Below, in pieces: positions 48,471 through 59,010 of a stretch of DNA of 64,000 nt. The translations under genes and the position numbers were made by a program. The DNA lies in assembly GCA_963616775.1 (NCBI GenBank), contig CAVELL010000033.1, positions 1,645 to 65,644 on the forward strand, written 5' to 3'. The notes under the pieces were generated by a model that saw only the letters and a program-made list of their open reading frames with translations, was not told the origin of the DNA and ran no database searches. Source of the DNA: Eggerthellaceae bacterium (GTDB taxonomy: Bacteria; Bacillota; Clostridia; Oscillospirales; Acutalibacteraceae). Each line of letters begins with the position of its first letter. Position 1 is the stretch's first letter.

Positions 48471-50296
48471 TATACATTTTCCGTTTTCGGCATTTCGGTC
48501 ATACGCAGATTGGTGCAGCCGTAAGGGATAAGAGTCATTTCAACGGACTCGGAAACAGCGACCTCCGACAAGGGAAGCTCTTCGCATATACCGTCAACCA
48601 TCTTCCATTCGACCCTTGCCATTTTCGTTTTCAACCTTATCGGTGCGCCGTCGGGTGAAAACGGCGTATCGCCGACCTCGCGGAAATCGACCGTAAAATT
48701 GTCCGCGCAGAATCCGTAATTCCAGTCCGTTGTCGGGAAAATTTCATAGTCGCAGTACGGGAATTTTCTTTCAACTCCGTCGCGCGTGTACTCTCTCTTT
48801 GCCCATCGCTCGCCAATCGGGAGCGAGAAAACAAGGTTGCCGCGTTCGACGCAGTAAAGTCCGCTCGGTCGCTTTGTCATCTCAACATCAAAGCTGAAAC
48901 GAACATCAATTTCGCTCTCGCCGAAAAAGTCTCGGCTGACCTTGACGAAGCCGTTGACCGTGTCCTTTCCGTCAATTGTCGCCCCAATCGCTTTTTCGGG
49001 AATCCTGACGAGTAATTCACGCTCATCGTGCGAATCCGATTTCACTTTGATTTTATATCCGTCCTCAAACGGATAGCCTGTAACTATTTCAACGGAAAAT
49101 TTTTCGCCGCCGATCTCCGTTTCGACCTTACTCGGCGCAACGGCGCATATCGCAACGCCGTTCTCCGTTTTCATCATCGTACTCATTGCAAACTTCGGGA
49201 AAGACTGATTGAAGTTTGCCGTGCAGCAACCGAAATTCGGTTCAAGTCCGAAGAGATGCGCCTCCTCGGAGTTTGAATCGAACGGCTGCTTGCCGTCCGG
49301 GAAGCGTGAACACTGAGGCTGATTTGTCAGCTGGTCATACTGATGAGTCCACATATCCGGGCTCACAGTCGCAGGAAAGGCATTGAACGCCGCATTTTCC
49401 AACCGCTCCGACCAATAGCTGTCGCCCGTCAACGCAATGAGCCATTCGTAGGAATACATTGCCTCGGCAACCGAGCAGCACTCAGAGCCGTGAACGGGAC
49501 TTGTTCCGCTTAGGCATTCGTCGCCCGTGAAATGTCCGCAAGCCATACCGTGGTCACGTAAAAGAATTTCCATCGCCTGCTTCGCAAATTCATTCGGATC
49601 TCCGCCGATAAGCTCCGTCATCAGTGCTTCGCTTTTGAGCATCATAGCCATGTTGACAACATGATTGATAAAGCTCCAGTTTTCACGCCTTTCGGCATAA
49701 TGCCATGATTTGAACATCTTTTTAAAGTCCATACCCTGAATATAGAGCTTATCGGCAAGGTCAAGCTGCCAATCCTCCGGCTTTCTTTCACGAAGCCAAA
49801 GAAGCGGAATAAGGCATTCAAACCAGCGAGCCGAGCCCCAATCAAAGAGAGTTCGGACATTCATTTGCAAGCTGAGATTTTGCAGTGCACGGCTGACGGC
49901 GTCTTCGATGCGCCCGTCACCGGAGCAATCGGCATAAACGACAAGAGCCTTACAGATTATAAAGCACGCCCAGACATCATAGTTGATGCGCTGCTCCTTT
50001 TCGCACGGGCATATCCAGCCGTCCTCGCACTGACGCTCAAGGATAGCGTCGATGTATCTCTTCGCACGGGCTTTCATATCCTCGTCGTCGAGAAGATAAG
50101 CGAGCGGCACAAAGCCGTCGAGCCAATACGGAACTCGCTCCCAGCCCTCGTCATCGCCGCCGATCCATTTTGAATTTCTGATGCTGTTCCACATCTTGTC
50201 AAGATTGCCGGAAAGTCCCTTCGCCTGAATTTCGAGCTGATTTCTGAGCCAGCCCGTAGCTTTTATTTCATTGGTAGAAAATTGTCTGAAAATCAT
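48470..50296 (-). CDS. GH127-like (DUF1680, beta-L-arabinofuranosidase-like) glycoside hydrolase
   Basis: 608 aa. The N-terminal GWLRNQLEIQAKGLSGNLDKMW... and the Cys-rich central region resemble DUF1680 proteins from memory. RBS GGAGGGG, 18 nt after the smc stop. Confidence 0.5.
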   Translation of the reverse strand: MIFRQFSTNEIKATGWLRNQLEIQAKGLSGNLDKMWNSIRNSKWIGGDDEGWERVPYWLDGFVPLAYLLDDEDMKARAKRYIDAILERQCEDGWICPCEKEQRINYDVWACFIICKALVVYADCSGDGRIEDAVSRALQNLSLQMNVRTLFDWGSARWFECLIPLLWLRERKPEDWQLDLADKLYIQGMDFKKMFKSWHYAERRENWSFINHVVNMAMMLKSEALMTELIGGDPNEFAKQAMEILLRDHGMACGHFTGDECLSGTSPVHGSECCSVAEAMYSYEWLIALTGDSYWSERLENAAFNAFPATVSPDMWTHQYDQLTNQPQCSRFPDGKQPFDSNSEEAHLFGLEPNFGCCTANFNQSFPKFAMSTMMKTENGVAICAVAPSKVETEIGGEKFSVEIVTGYPFEDGYKIKVKSDSHDERELLVRIPEKAIGATIDGKDTVNGFVKVSRDFFGESEIDVRFSFDVEMTKRPSGLYCVERGNLVFSLPIGERWAKREYTRDGVERKFPYCDYEIFPTTDWNYGFCADNFTVDFREVGDTPFSPDGAPIRLKTKMARVEWKMVDGICEELPLSEVAVSESVEMTLIPYGCTNLRMTEMPKTENV

Positions 50297-50314
50297 AATT
50301 TTCCCCTCCAGCCG

Positions 50315-53300
50315 TTAGCTTATACCGAGCTTCTTTGCCATTTCCGCCGTTTGGAGCTCAAGCAGCTTGGAAACACCCTCCTCCTGCATCGTGATGCCGT
50401 AGAGAACATCGGCTTCTTCCATCGTGCCGCGGCGGTGAGTGATAAGAATAAACTGTGTGTTCACCGTCATTCTGCGAACATAGCGCGCATAACGCGCAAC
50501 ATTGACGTCGTCCAGTGCCGCTTCAACCTCGTCAAAAATGCAGAACGGAGACGGTGCCACCTTGAGAATCGCAAACAGAAGCGCGATTGCGGCAAGTCCC
50601 TTTTCACCGCCGGAAAGCAGGTCGATATTCTGAACATTTTTGCCCGGCGGCTGAACCTTGATTTCTATGTTACATTCAAGCACATCGTTCGGATTTTCAA
50701 GCAAAAGCTCCGCCTTGCCGCCGCCGAAGAGCTCGATAAACGTTTCTCCGAAATAATTGTTGATTCGGACAAACTGAGCCTTGAACTGCTCCGCCATTTT
50801 GCCTGTCAGCTCCGTAATGAGCTTGTTCAGCTCCTCGCGCGAGCGTTCGATATCCTCAAGCTGAGCTTTCATAAACTCGTAGCGTTCCGAGACTTCCTTG
50901 TACTCTTCAATCGCTCCGACATTGACATTGCCGAGTGCACGGATTTTACCCTTTATCTCCTGCAATGTTCTGTGCGCCTGCTGATAATCCTCAATGACAA
51001 TATTCAGCTCCTCAGCTTCTGTTTTTGTGAGCTGATATTCGTCAAAGAGCTTGTTCACGGCATTCTCAAGCTGCTGCTCCATCTGAGTCTTGCGCTCCTC
51101 CAAGCGGGCAAGCTCGCCGCTGATTTTTTCACGTTCGGCTGATTTTGCACGTTCCTCCGAACGAAGCTGTGCGCTTTTTGCGTCGCATTGCGTTCGTTCG
51201 CCGATAAGATTTTCAATATCGCTCTTCGCGCTTGCGCCGAGCTCGTGAAGCTCATTTGCCTGCTTTGCAAGCTCCTGAATCTTTATTTCAATTTCTTTGT
51301 TTGCGTTTTCGATAACGGCAATCTCACCGTTGAGGTCATCAAGTCTGCCCTCGTGGCTTGCCATACGGCGGTTAAGCAAATCAACCGCTTCTCGCTTTGC
51401 TTCAATGTCCTTTTCGAGAGCAAGTATGTCCAGATTGATTTTCGCCTCAAGCTGTGCAAGCTCCTCTTTCTTCTCCTCGGACTTCTCTCTGCTGTGAGTT
51501 ATAACATCAAGATCAGCCTGAACGCCGCCCATTTCCTTGTTGATGCCGTCGATTTCCTTTTGAGCCGCCGCTTTCATCGCTTCAAGGTCGCTGATTCTGA
51601 TAGAAGCCGACTTTTTCTCCCTGCGGAGCTCCTCAAGCGCGGCGTTTGCGGTGTCAAGCTTTCCGTCGATGAGGGCAAGCTCGCTCTCCTTGCGGATAAC
51701 GTCCTCCTGAGTTCGTTTGAGGTCGGCCTGTGAAGCGTCAAGCTCCGCCTTTGCGGCTGAAAGCTCAACGCTCAAAGTCTTAAACTCGCCGTTGTCCCTT
51801 TCCTGCTCAGCGGTGAGCTTTTTAACCTGCTCACGCAGCTTGTCCATCTCGTTGCCTCGGCTGAGAATGCCTGCATTGTGTCCCCTTGAACCGCCGGTCA
51901 TCGATCCTCCCGCATTGACAACCTGACCGTCAAGAGTAACGATTTTAAATCTGTATGAATATTTCTTTGCGATTACTATTGCACTGTCGAGATCCTCTGC
52001 GACTGCCGTTCTGCCCAAAAGGGAGCTTATAATTTCGCCGTACCTTCCGTCGTAGTCCAGAAGCTTGTCCGCCATATCGACAAAGCCGTAGCAACCGTCA
52101 AGACCCTTTTCGGTGAACGGCTTTGATTTTACCGATGTCAGAGGCAGGAATGTTGCGCGTCCGCCCTTCTTCTCCTTGAGGAAATTTATCGCACGCTTTG
52201 CATCGTTCTCGCTGTCCGTTACAATGTTCTGTATCGCCGCGCCGAGTGCGGTTTCAACGGCAACGGCATAGCGATCCTCAACGCTGATAAGCTGTGAAAG
52301 CGGACCGTGTATTCCTCTGAGTGCTCCGCCCTTAGCCTCGCGGACAACCGCCTTAACCGCTCCGGAGTAGCCCTCCATATTCTTTTCCATATCGTCGAGC
52401 ATTCTGATCTTGTCCTTCTTTTGCAGGATATCAAGACCTCTCGCGTCTATTTCCGATTTGAGCTTCTCCGCCTTTTCTGTGCGCGACCGAACTCGTAGGC
52501 TGTAACCCGAAACGGCGTTCATAATCTCGGTGGCTGTGTCGTTTAGCTTGTCAAGCTGCGCCTGACAGACATTGTGCTTTTCCTCAAGCTCGGTGATGTA
52601 TCCGTTCCTTGTCGAAAGCACGCCGTCTATGTTGCTGACTCTGCCGCGGATTTCCTCAATCGAGGAATTTGCGGTGGTCTCCTCTATTCGCTTCTCGCTG
52701 ACCTTTTCGGTGAGCGAGGTTATCTTCTGCGAAAGCTCGGCAATGCGGTCGGAGAACTCGCCCGTCTCGCTCCTTGCGTCGGCAATGCCTGCGGCGGCAA
52801 CGTCAAGCTCCTTTTTCTTAGCCTCTATCTCGTCAAGCAGCTCGGCGATCTCCGCCCGAGCCTGTTCAACCTCCTGCTTGAGAGTGTTTTCGCTGTCGGA
52901 AGCGTCGGTCATATCGCGTCTGATACGTTCAATCGTCTGCTCATTATGAAGAATTGTATTCTTCTCAACGGAAATCTGTCCCTCAAGCTGAACCGCTTTT
53001 TCCTCGTAGCTTGTGGAGTTGTTCCTGATATTGTCGATTTTAATTGTGATTTCCTGACTTCTGGCAATGATCTCCTCGGTCTGCGCCTCAATCTGCGAAA
53101 GAGCCGCTTCCGTTGAGTCGTACTGACCCTGAGCGATTGCCAGCTTGTCATCCTGTTCTCTCAGCTTAACCTTTGAGGTGTCGATCGTGTGAAGCCAAAG
53201 TCCGATTTCAAGCTCCCTCTTGTCCTTGGCAAGAACAAGAAATTTCTGCGCCTTTTCGCTCTGCGTTTTGAGCGGACCGACGCGGCTTTCAAGCTCGGAA

Positions 53301-53884
53301 AGAATATCTCTCAGACGAACAAGGTTCTCTTCCGCCTGATCAAGCTTTCTGTTGGCATCGTTTCGGCGGTATCTGTAATGGGAAATTCCTGCCGCCTCTT
53401 CGAGCATATCGCGCCGCTGACCCGATTTTGATGAAATGAGGTCGGCGATTCTGCCCTGACTGACAAGGGAATAGCCGTCACGACCGAGACCCGTATCCAT
53501 AAAAAGCTCGTGTATGTCGCGTAGTCTGACTACCTGACCGTTGAGCATATATTCACTCTCGCCCGAACGGTAGTAGCGGCGTGTTACCGACACCTCGTCC
53601 TTATCGCTGTTGAGCGTTCTGTCCGTGTTGTCCAGGCGCAGCGTAACCTCGGCAAAGCCCAAAGGCTTTCTGACCTTTGTGCCGCCGAAAATGACGTCTT
53701 CCATTTTTGAGCCGCGCAGGTTCTTCGTCGATTGCTCGCCGAGAACCCACCTGACGGCGTCGGCAATATTACTTTTGCCTGAACCGTTGGGACCGACAAC
53801 GGCGGTCATTCCGTGGTTGAAATTGAACACCGTTTTATCGGGGAAGGACTTGAAGCCCTGCATTTCGAGCGCTTTTAATCTCAT
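50315..53884 (-). CDS. smc: chromosome segregation protein SMC
   Basis: FKSF...GPNGSGKSN Walker A, long coiled coils, a central hinge, C-terminal LSGGEK and Walker B FCIFDEVEAALD. 1189 aa. Confidence 0.97.
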   Translation of the reverse strand: MRLKALEMQGFKSFPDKTVFNFNHGMTAVVGPNGSGKSNIADAVRWVLGEQSTKNLRGSKMEDVIFGGTKVRKPLGFAEVTLRLDNTDRTLNSDKDEVSVTRRYYRSGESEYMLNGQVVRLRDIHELFMDTGLGRDGYSLVSQGRIADLISSKSGQRRDMLEEAAGISHYRYRRNDANRKLDQAEENLVRLRDILSELESRVGPLKTQSEKAQKFLVLAKDKRELEIGLWLHTIDTSKVKLREQDDKLAIAQGQYDSTEAALSQIEAQTEEIIARSQEITIKIDNIRNNSTSYEEKAVQLEGQISVEKNTILHNEQTIERIRRDMTDASDSENTLKQEVEQARAEIAELLDEIEAKKKELDVAAAGIADARSETGEFSDRIAELSQKITSLTEKVSEKRIEETTANSSIEEIRGRVSNIDGVLSTRNGYITELEEKHNVCQAQLDKLNDTATEIMNAVSGYSLRVRSRTEKAEKLKSEIDARGLDILQKKDKIRMLDDMEKNMEGYSGAVKAVVREAKGGALRGIHGPLSQLISVEDRYAVAVETALGAAIQNIVTDSENDAKRAINFLKEKKGGRATFLPLTSVKSKPFTEKGLDGCYGFVDMADKLLDYDGRYGEIISSLLGRTAVAEDLDSAIVIAKKYSYRFKIVTLDGQVVNAGGSMTGGSRGHNAGILSRGNEMDKLREQVKKLTAEQERDNGEFKTLSVELSAAKAELDASQADLKRTQEDVIRKESELALIDGKLDTANAALEELRREKKSASIRISDLEAMKAAAQKEIDGINKEMGGVQADLDVITHSREKSEEKKEELAQLEAKINLDILALEKDIEAKREAVDLLNRRMASHEGRLDDLNGEIAVIENANKEIEIKIQELAKQANELHELGASAKSDIENLIGERTQCDAKSAQLRSEERAKSAEREKISGELARLEERKTQMEQQLENAVNKLFDEYQLTKTEAEELNIVIEDYQQAHRTLQEIKGKIRALGNVNVGAIEEYKEVSERYEFMKAQLEDIERSREELNKLITELTGKMAEQFKAQFVRINNYFGETFIELFGGGKAELLLENPNDVLECNIEIKVQPPGKNVQNIDLLSGGEKGLAAIALLFAILKVAPSPFCIFDEVEAALDDVNVARYARYVRRMTVNTQFILITHRRGTMEEADVLYGITMQEEGVSKLLELQTAEMAKKLGIS

Positions 53885-54888
53885 AATTCTTCGTTCCTTA
53901 ATATGTAAACTTTGTACTTTTGAATTTTGCTGTCGCCTTTTACCTTGGCGTTATAGCCCAGCTCACTGAGCTTTTGTATGTTTATTTTCTTCTGTCCCGT
54001 CATTTTGGAAACAGCGTCCGGCGAAACCGAAACCGTAATATCGCCCTGCGGTATTCCGTTATGTTCTATGAACTCAACCGCACGCTTGAAATAAATTTCT
54101 CCCTCGCACAGCTCCTTGAACGCAGGGTGATAGGCTCCCGCAACGTAGTCCGCTTCCACTCCGCCGCCCGAATGAAGACCCGTTCTGATGACGGTTATCT
54201 TCGCCTCGTCAAACATCAGAAGAAGCTCCGCACAGAGCTTTGCCGCCGAATCAACCGTCTGCGGCACATACTCTCCGCTCTCGTACAGCTCGGCAAGCTC
54301 CGTGTTTCTTATCACCACAGTCGGATAAATTCTCACCGTCTGCGGCTGCAAAGCTATTATCTTCCTCGCCGTGTCTATGCTGTCCTCATCGGTCGAGCCG
54401 TAAAGCCCCGTCATCATCTGGAGTCCGAGCTCAAAGCCGTAGCTTTTCAGCATTTCGGACGCCCTGACAACATCGGCGGCGGTATGTCCGCGTCGGTTGA
54501 GTCGCAGAACCCCGTCGTTCATGCTCTGCGCTCCGAGCTCGACCGCCGTAACGCCGCAGCTTTTCAGTATGCGGCAAATTTCATCGTCTATCGCGTCGGG
54601 ACGTGTGGAGCACCTTATCCCCTTGAAGCTGCCGTCCTTAACATACCTGTAAGCCGCGTCAAGCAGCCCCGTCATCACCGTTCTGTCAATCGCGGTGAAG
54701 CTTCCGCCGAAGAATGCGATTTCTCCTCCGCGGCTGTCGGGATTTTTCATTGCAATCCTGACCGCTTCATCAATGTCGGCAGGCGTTACCTGCCTGCTCT
54801 GACCCGATATTGCTCGCTGATTACAAAACGTGCATTGGTGAGGGCAGCCGTTGTGCGGGACAAAGAGTCCGACATTTATGTGTCTCAC
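53881..54888 (-). CDS. ELP3-like radical SAM protein lacking an acetyltransferase domain
   Basis: CPHQCTFCNQ (CxxxCxxC) at the N-terminus. The GTG start overlaps the rnc stop (GTGA) and the stop overlaps the smc start (ATGA). Confidence 0.75.
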   Translation of the reverse strand: MRHINVGLFVPHNGCPHQCTFCNQRAISGQSRQVTPADIDEAVRIAMKNPDSRGGEIAFFGGSFTAIDRTVMTGLLDAAYRYVKDGSFKGIRCSTRPDAIDDEICRILKSCGVTAVELGAQSMNDGVLRLNRRGHTAADVVRASEMLKSYGFELGLQMMTGLYGSTDEDSIDTARKIIALQPQTVRIYPTVVIRNTELAELYESGEYVPQTVDSAAKLCAELLLMFDEAKITVIRTGLHSGGGVEADYVAGAYHPAFKELCEGEIYFKRAVEFIEHNGIPQGDITVSVSPDAVSKMTGQKKINIQKLSELGYNAKVKGDSKIQKYKVYILRNEEL

Positions 54889-55568
54889 AGTCCCATGAGC
54901 TCCAAGGCTTCCCTTGCAGCCTCCTGCTCGGCGCGCTTCTTGCTTTTGCCGACGCCCCTGCCGATTACGTTTGAATTGAGATGAACCTCAACCTCAAATC
55001 TCTTGTCGTGGTCGGGTCCGCTCTCGCCTGCCAGAACATACTCGACAACCTCGCCGGGATTACGCTGAACGACCTCCTGGAGCATTGTTTTGTAATCCTT
55101 GACCGAGCGGTGCTTTCTTATCGCTTCGTCGATGTATTTAAGAACAAACTTTTTCGCCTCTTCCATGCCGCCGTCAAGGTAGATCGCGGCGATCACCGCT
55201 TCAAAAGCGTCCGCCTGAATCGACGGTCTTTCTCTGCCGCCCGTGACAACCTCGCCCTTGCCGAGCATGAGGTATTTGCCGAGTTGAATTTCACGGGCAA
55301 AGGATGCAAGCGATTTTTCACACACCATTGCCGCACGCAGCTTCGTCAAATCTCCCTCGGGAAAATCCGTGTAGTTCATAAAAAAGTTTTCTGCGGTTAT
55401 AAATCCGAGAACCGAATCGCCGAGAAACTCAAGGCGTTCGTTCGAGCCCTTGCAGGTGCTGTGATTCTCGTTGACATAGGACGAATGGGAAAGTGCGCGA
55501 AGCAAAAGCGTCTCGTCCTTAAAAGCATAACCTATCTTCTGTTGAAGCTCTTTAATATCAGGTCTCAT
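54885..55568 (-). CDS. rnc: ribonuclease III
   Basis: NERLEFLGDSVL signature and a C-terminal dsRBD (GPDHDKRF...G.GKSKK.AEQ.AA). Confidence 0.95.
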   Translation of the reverse strand: MRPDIKELQQKIGYAFKDETLLLRALSHSSYVNENHSTCKGSNERLEFLGDSVLGFITAENFFMNYTDFPEGDLTKLRAAMVCEKSLASFAREIQLGKYLMLGKGEVVTGGRERPSIQADAFEAVIAAIYLDGGMEEAKKFVLKYIDEAIRKHRSVKDYKTMLQEVVQRNPGEVVEYVLAGESGPDHDKRFEVEVHLNSNVIGRGVGKSKKRAEQEAAREALELMGL

Positions 55569-56868
55569 ATTCACCAAACCTTTCGTTGAAAAAATCAAGA
55601 CTTCTCCTTGCGAGTGCTTCGTATCTCAATTTTTTATCTCTTATTTTTTCATCGAGCGGCGGCAGGATTCCGAAATTCGCGCCCATCGGCTGGAAATCCG
55701 TCACGCTCTCGTTGCTTATATATTTTGAAAGTGCGCCCATCATCGTGAAATCGGGCAAATCGAGCGGAGCCTTACCCTCAAGCCTGTTCGCCATATTGAT
55801 TCCGGCAAGTATGCCCGACGACGCAGACTCCATGTAGCCCTCAACACCTGTTATCTGTCCCGCAAAATAGAGATTATCACGTTCTCTGAACGAAAAATCC
55901 TTGTTCAAATGACGCGGCGAATCAATGAAGGTGTTGCGGTGCATAACTCCGTAGCGCACAAACTCGGCGTTTTTCAGCGCGGGAATCATTGAAAAAACTC
56001 TCTTCTGCTCGCCGAACCTGAGGTTTGTCTGGAATCCGACAAGGTTATACATCGTTCCGCTCGCGTCCTCGCGGCGAAGCTGAAGCACGGCCCACGGGCG
56101 GTGTCCCGTTCTCGGATCTCTCAGCCCGACGGGCTTCAGCGGACCGAAACGCATTGTGTCGGCACCTCTCGACGCCATAACCTCAATCGGCATACAGCCC
56201 TCATAAACGCCCTTTTTCTTGTCAAACGAATGAAGCTCCGCCGACTCGGCGTTGACAAGCTCGTTATAGAAGCTTTCATATTCCTCTTTGTTCATCGGAC
56301 AGTTGAGGTAATCATCCTCGCCGCCGCGGTTGTAGCGTGACTGGGTAAAGGCGCAGGACTTGTCAATGCTCTCGTCCGTAACTATCGGCGCAGCAGCATC
56401 GTAAAAGCTCAGCGAACCGCCGCAAAGCTCCTTTATTTTTTCTGCCAGACTGTCGGAAGCAAGCGGACCTGCGGCAATGATAACGTTGCCGTCGGGAATC
56501 TCCGTCACTTCACGGCACTCAACGGTTATAAGCGGATGTGATTTTATTTTTTCCGTTATCATACGGGAAAATTCATCACGGTCAACCGCAAGCGCACCGC
56601 CTGCCGGAACACTGCACTTTTTCGCACACTCAACGCAAATCGAACCGAAACGCTCCATCTCCGCCTTGAGAAGTCCCGCCGCGGAACCGATGCGCTGTGC
56701 CTTGAGCGAATTGGAGCAGACAAGCTCGGCGAGCATATCCGTTTTGTGCGCCGGTGAGTGCTTTTCGGGCTTCATCTCGGCAACTGTTACGGGTATTCCT
56801 CTGTTTGCAAGAGCCCACGCCGCCTCGACGCCGGCAAGACCGCCGCCGACAACAAGGACCTTGTTCAT
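55558..56868 (-). CDS. trmFO: methylenetetrahydrofolate--tRNA-(uracil54-C5)-methyltransferase TrmFO
   Basis: VVGGGLAGVEAAW FAD motif, FAGQITGVEGY. The ATG abuts the topA stop codon. Confidence 0.95.
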   Translation of the reverse strand: MNKVLVVGGGLAGVEAAWALANRGIPVTVAEMKPEKHSPAHKTDMLAELVCSNSLKAQRIGSAAGLLKAEMERFGSICVECAKKCSVPAGGALAVDRDEFSRMITEKIKSHPLITVECREVTEIPDGNVIIAAGPLASDSLAEKIKELCGGSLSFYDAAAPIVTDESIDKSCAFTQSRYNRGGEDDYLNCPMNKEEYESFYNELVNAESAELHSFDKKKGVYEGCMPIEVMASRGADTMRFGPLKPVGLRDPRTGHRPWAVLQLRREDASGTMYNLVGFQTNLRFGEQKRVFSMIPALKNAEFVRYGVMHRNTFIDSPRHLNKDFSFRERDNLYFAGQITGVEGYMESASSGILAGINMANRLEGKAPLDLPDFTMMGALSKYISNESVTDFQPMGANFGILPPLDEKIRDKKLRYEALARRSLDFFNERFGEYET

Positions 56869-58983
56869 TTATTTATCATCCTTTTTTCTGCTTTTTCTTT
56901 CAGCCTTGCGCTCATAGCCGCAGTTCTCGTCAAGGCAGACAATCAGTCCGCCTCTGCGCTTGAAGAGCGACTTGCCGCACTTGGGACAGGTCTCGTCCGT
57001 CGGCTTATCCCATGTCATAAAATCGCACTCCGGCCAGTTGCCGCAGCCGTAGAACGGGAATCCGCGCTTCGACTTTTTCTCGATAACCTCGCCGCCGCAC
57101 TTGGGGCACTTTGCGCTTGTCTTTGTAACAAGCGGCTTTGCATTCTTGCACTCCGGGTAGCCGGGACAGGCAAGGAATTTGCCGTATCTGCCGACCTTGA
57201 TGACCATCATTCTGCCGCACTTTTCGCACGGAATGTCGGTCACGTCCTCGTCAAGCCTTATCTTGACGTCCTTCATTTCCGCCTTGACCTTTTGGAGATT
57301 CTTATCAAAGTCGTCATAGAAATCGTGGAGCATGGCGATATAATCTTCCTTGCCCTCGCCGACCTCGTCAAGCTTCGTTTCCATTCCGGCGGTAAATTTC
57401 GTGTTCACTATCTTGGAAAACTTTTCCTTGAGAAGCTTGGTTATCGCCTCGCCCAGCTCTGTCGGGTAAAGCTGTTTCTGCTGACGCTTTACATATTCTC
57501 GCTTGACAATCGTCGTGATTATCGTTGCATAGGTACTCGGACGTCCGATTCCGTTCTCCTCAAGAGCCTTGATGAGCGACGCTTCCGTATACCTTGCGGG
57601 CGGCTGTGTGAAGTGTTGATTTCCCTTGAGATCCTTGAGCTTGAGCTTGTCGCCCGTGTTCAGCTCGGGAAGCTTGCCCTCCGCCTCTGTCTCGTCGTCC
57701 GTGCTCTCCTCATAGAGTACGGTGAATCCGTCAAACCTGATGCTGTAGCCGGCGGCGGTGAAGCGGCAGTAGCCGTCAACTCCCTCCGTCACGGCGTCAA
57801 TCTCCGCCTTGACCGTGTTCTGAACGCATGTCGCCATAAGGCTGGCAACAAAACGCTTCCAGATAAGCGTGTAAAGCTTGTACTGATCCGACGAAAGGCT
57901 TGCTCTCACCCTGTCCGGCGTGAGTGCGGGATTTGTCGGTCTTATGGCCTCGTGACCGTCCTGCGCATTGCTTCTCGACTTAAAATAACGCGGCTTGTCG
58001 GGGAGATACTTCTCGCCGTAGGTTTGGAGAATAAAGCTGTTTGTTGCGGCTCTTGCCTCCTCGGAAATTCTCAGGGAGTCCGTTCTCATATAGGTTATAA
58101 GACCCGTCGTTCCGATGCCTGCGATATCAACGCCCTCGTAAAGCTCCTGGGCGGCGCGCATTGTACGCTGAGCCTGGAAGCCCATACGTCTCGACGCCTC
58201 CTGCTGGAGAGTGGAGGTAATAAACGGCGGTGCGGGATTCTTCTTTCTTGTTCCCTTTTTGACCGAAGTGACGCTGTATTTGGCGTTCTCAAGCCTTGCA
58301 AGGTATGCGTCCGCCTGATCTTTGTTTGTAATCTTCACCTTGCCTGTCTCGTCGCCGTAGAAGCTTGCGGAGAAGCTCTTGCGATTCGGTGCGGTGAACT
58401 TGGCGTCAAGCGTCCAGTACTCCTCGGGAACAAACGCTCTGATCTCGTTCTCACGGTCAACAACAAGTCTGACGGCAACGGACTGAACTCGTCCTGCCGA
58501 AAGACCTCTGCGGATCTTCTGGGAAATAAACGGGCTGAGCTTGTAACCGACAAGGCGGTCAAGTATTCTTCGCGCCTGCTGTGCATTGACAAGGTTCATA
58601 TCTATTGAGCGCGGCGATTTCATCCCGTTCTCAATGCCTGTTTTTGTAATTTCGTTAAAGGTGATTCTGTTGGCTTCGTTCATATCGAGTCCGAGCAATG
58701 TTGCAAGGTGCCACGATATCGCCTCTCCCTCACGGTCGGGGTCGGTTGCAAGATAAACACCGTCCGAACGGGCAACCGTTTCCTTCAGCTCCTTGACGAG
58801 CTTTTCCTTGCCCTTTATAACGGCATACTTGGGAGCAAAATCATTCTTCACATCGACGCTCAGCTTTGCCGCCGGAAGGTCACGGACGTGACCCATCGAA
58901 GCGGTAACATTGTAGCCGTCGCCGAGATATTTTTTTACGGTTTTGACCTTCGTGGGTGACTCCACTATGACAAGTTTCGACAT
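56869..58983 (-). CDS. topA: DNA topoisomerase I
   Basis: TOPRIM LVIVESP.K, DPDREGE, active-site region YMRTDS, C-terminal Cys4 zinc ribbons. Confidence 0.97.
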   Translation of the reverse strand: MSKLVIVESPTKVKTVKKYLGDGYNVTASMGHVRDLPAAKLSVDVKNDFAPKYAVIKGKEKLVKELKETVARSDGVYLATDPDREGEAISWHLATLLGLDMNEANRITFNEITKTGIENGMKSPRSIDMNLVNAQQARRILDRLVGYKLSPFISQKIRRGLSAGRVQSVAVRLVVDRENEIRAFVPEEYWTLDAKFTAPNRKSFSASFYGDETGKVKITNKDQADAYLARLENAKYSVTSVKKGTRKKNPAPPFITSTLQQEASRRMGFQAQRTMRAAQELYEGVDIAGIGTTGLITYMRTDSLRISEEARAATNSFILQTYGEKYLPDKPRYFKSRSNAQDGHEAIRPTNPALTPDRVRASLSSDQYKLYTLIWKRFVASLMATCVQNTVKAEIDAVTEGVDGYCRFTAAGYSIRFDGFTVLYEESTDDETEAEGKLPELNTGDKLKLKDLKGNQHFTQPPARYTEASLIKALEENGIGRPSTYATIITTIVKREYVKRQQKQLYPTELGEAITKLLKEKFSKIVNTKFTAGMETKLDEVGEGKEDYIAMLHDFYDDFDKNLQKVKAEMKDVKIRLDEDVTDIPCEKCGRMMVIKVGRYGKFLACPGYPECKNAKPLVTKTSAKCPKCGGEVIEKKSKRGFPFYGCGNWPECDFMTWDKPTDETCPKCGKSLFKRRGGLIVCLDENCGYERKAERKSRKKDDK

Positions 58984-59010
58984 AAATACATCATCCTAAT
59001 TGTTAAAAAA

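Noticed and set aside
53920-54984. 354-aa plus-strand ORF. Similar cases are 50282..51142, 44974..45792, 43521..44262, 27104..27916, 10160..11116 and 6736..7602.
   Set aside because: Each lies antisense to a well-supported conserved gene (radical SAM, smc, TIGR03960, pdxK, DUF1846, gltX). None has RBS or family support.
56758-58608. 616-aa ORF on the plus strand
   Set aside because: It is antisense to topA and the end of trmFO. The translation is rich in Leu, Arg and Ala with no motifs. It is a shadow ORF.
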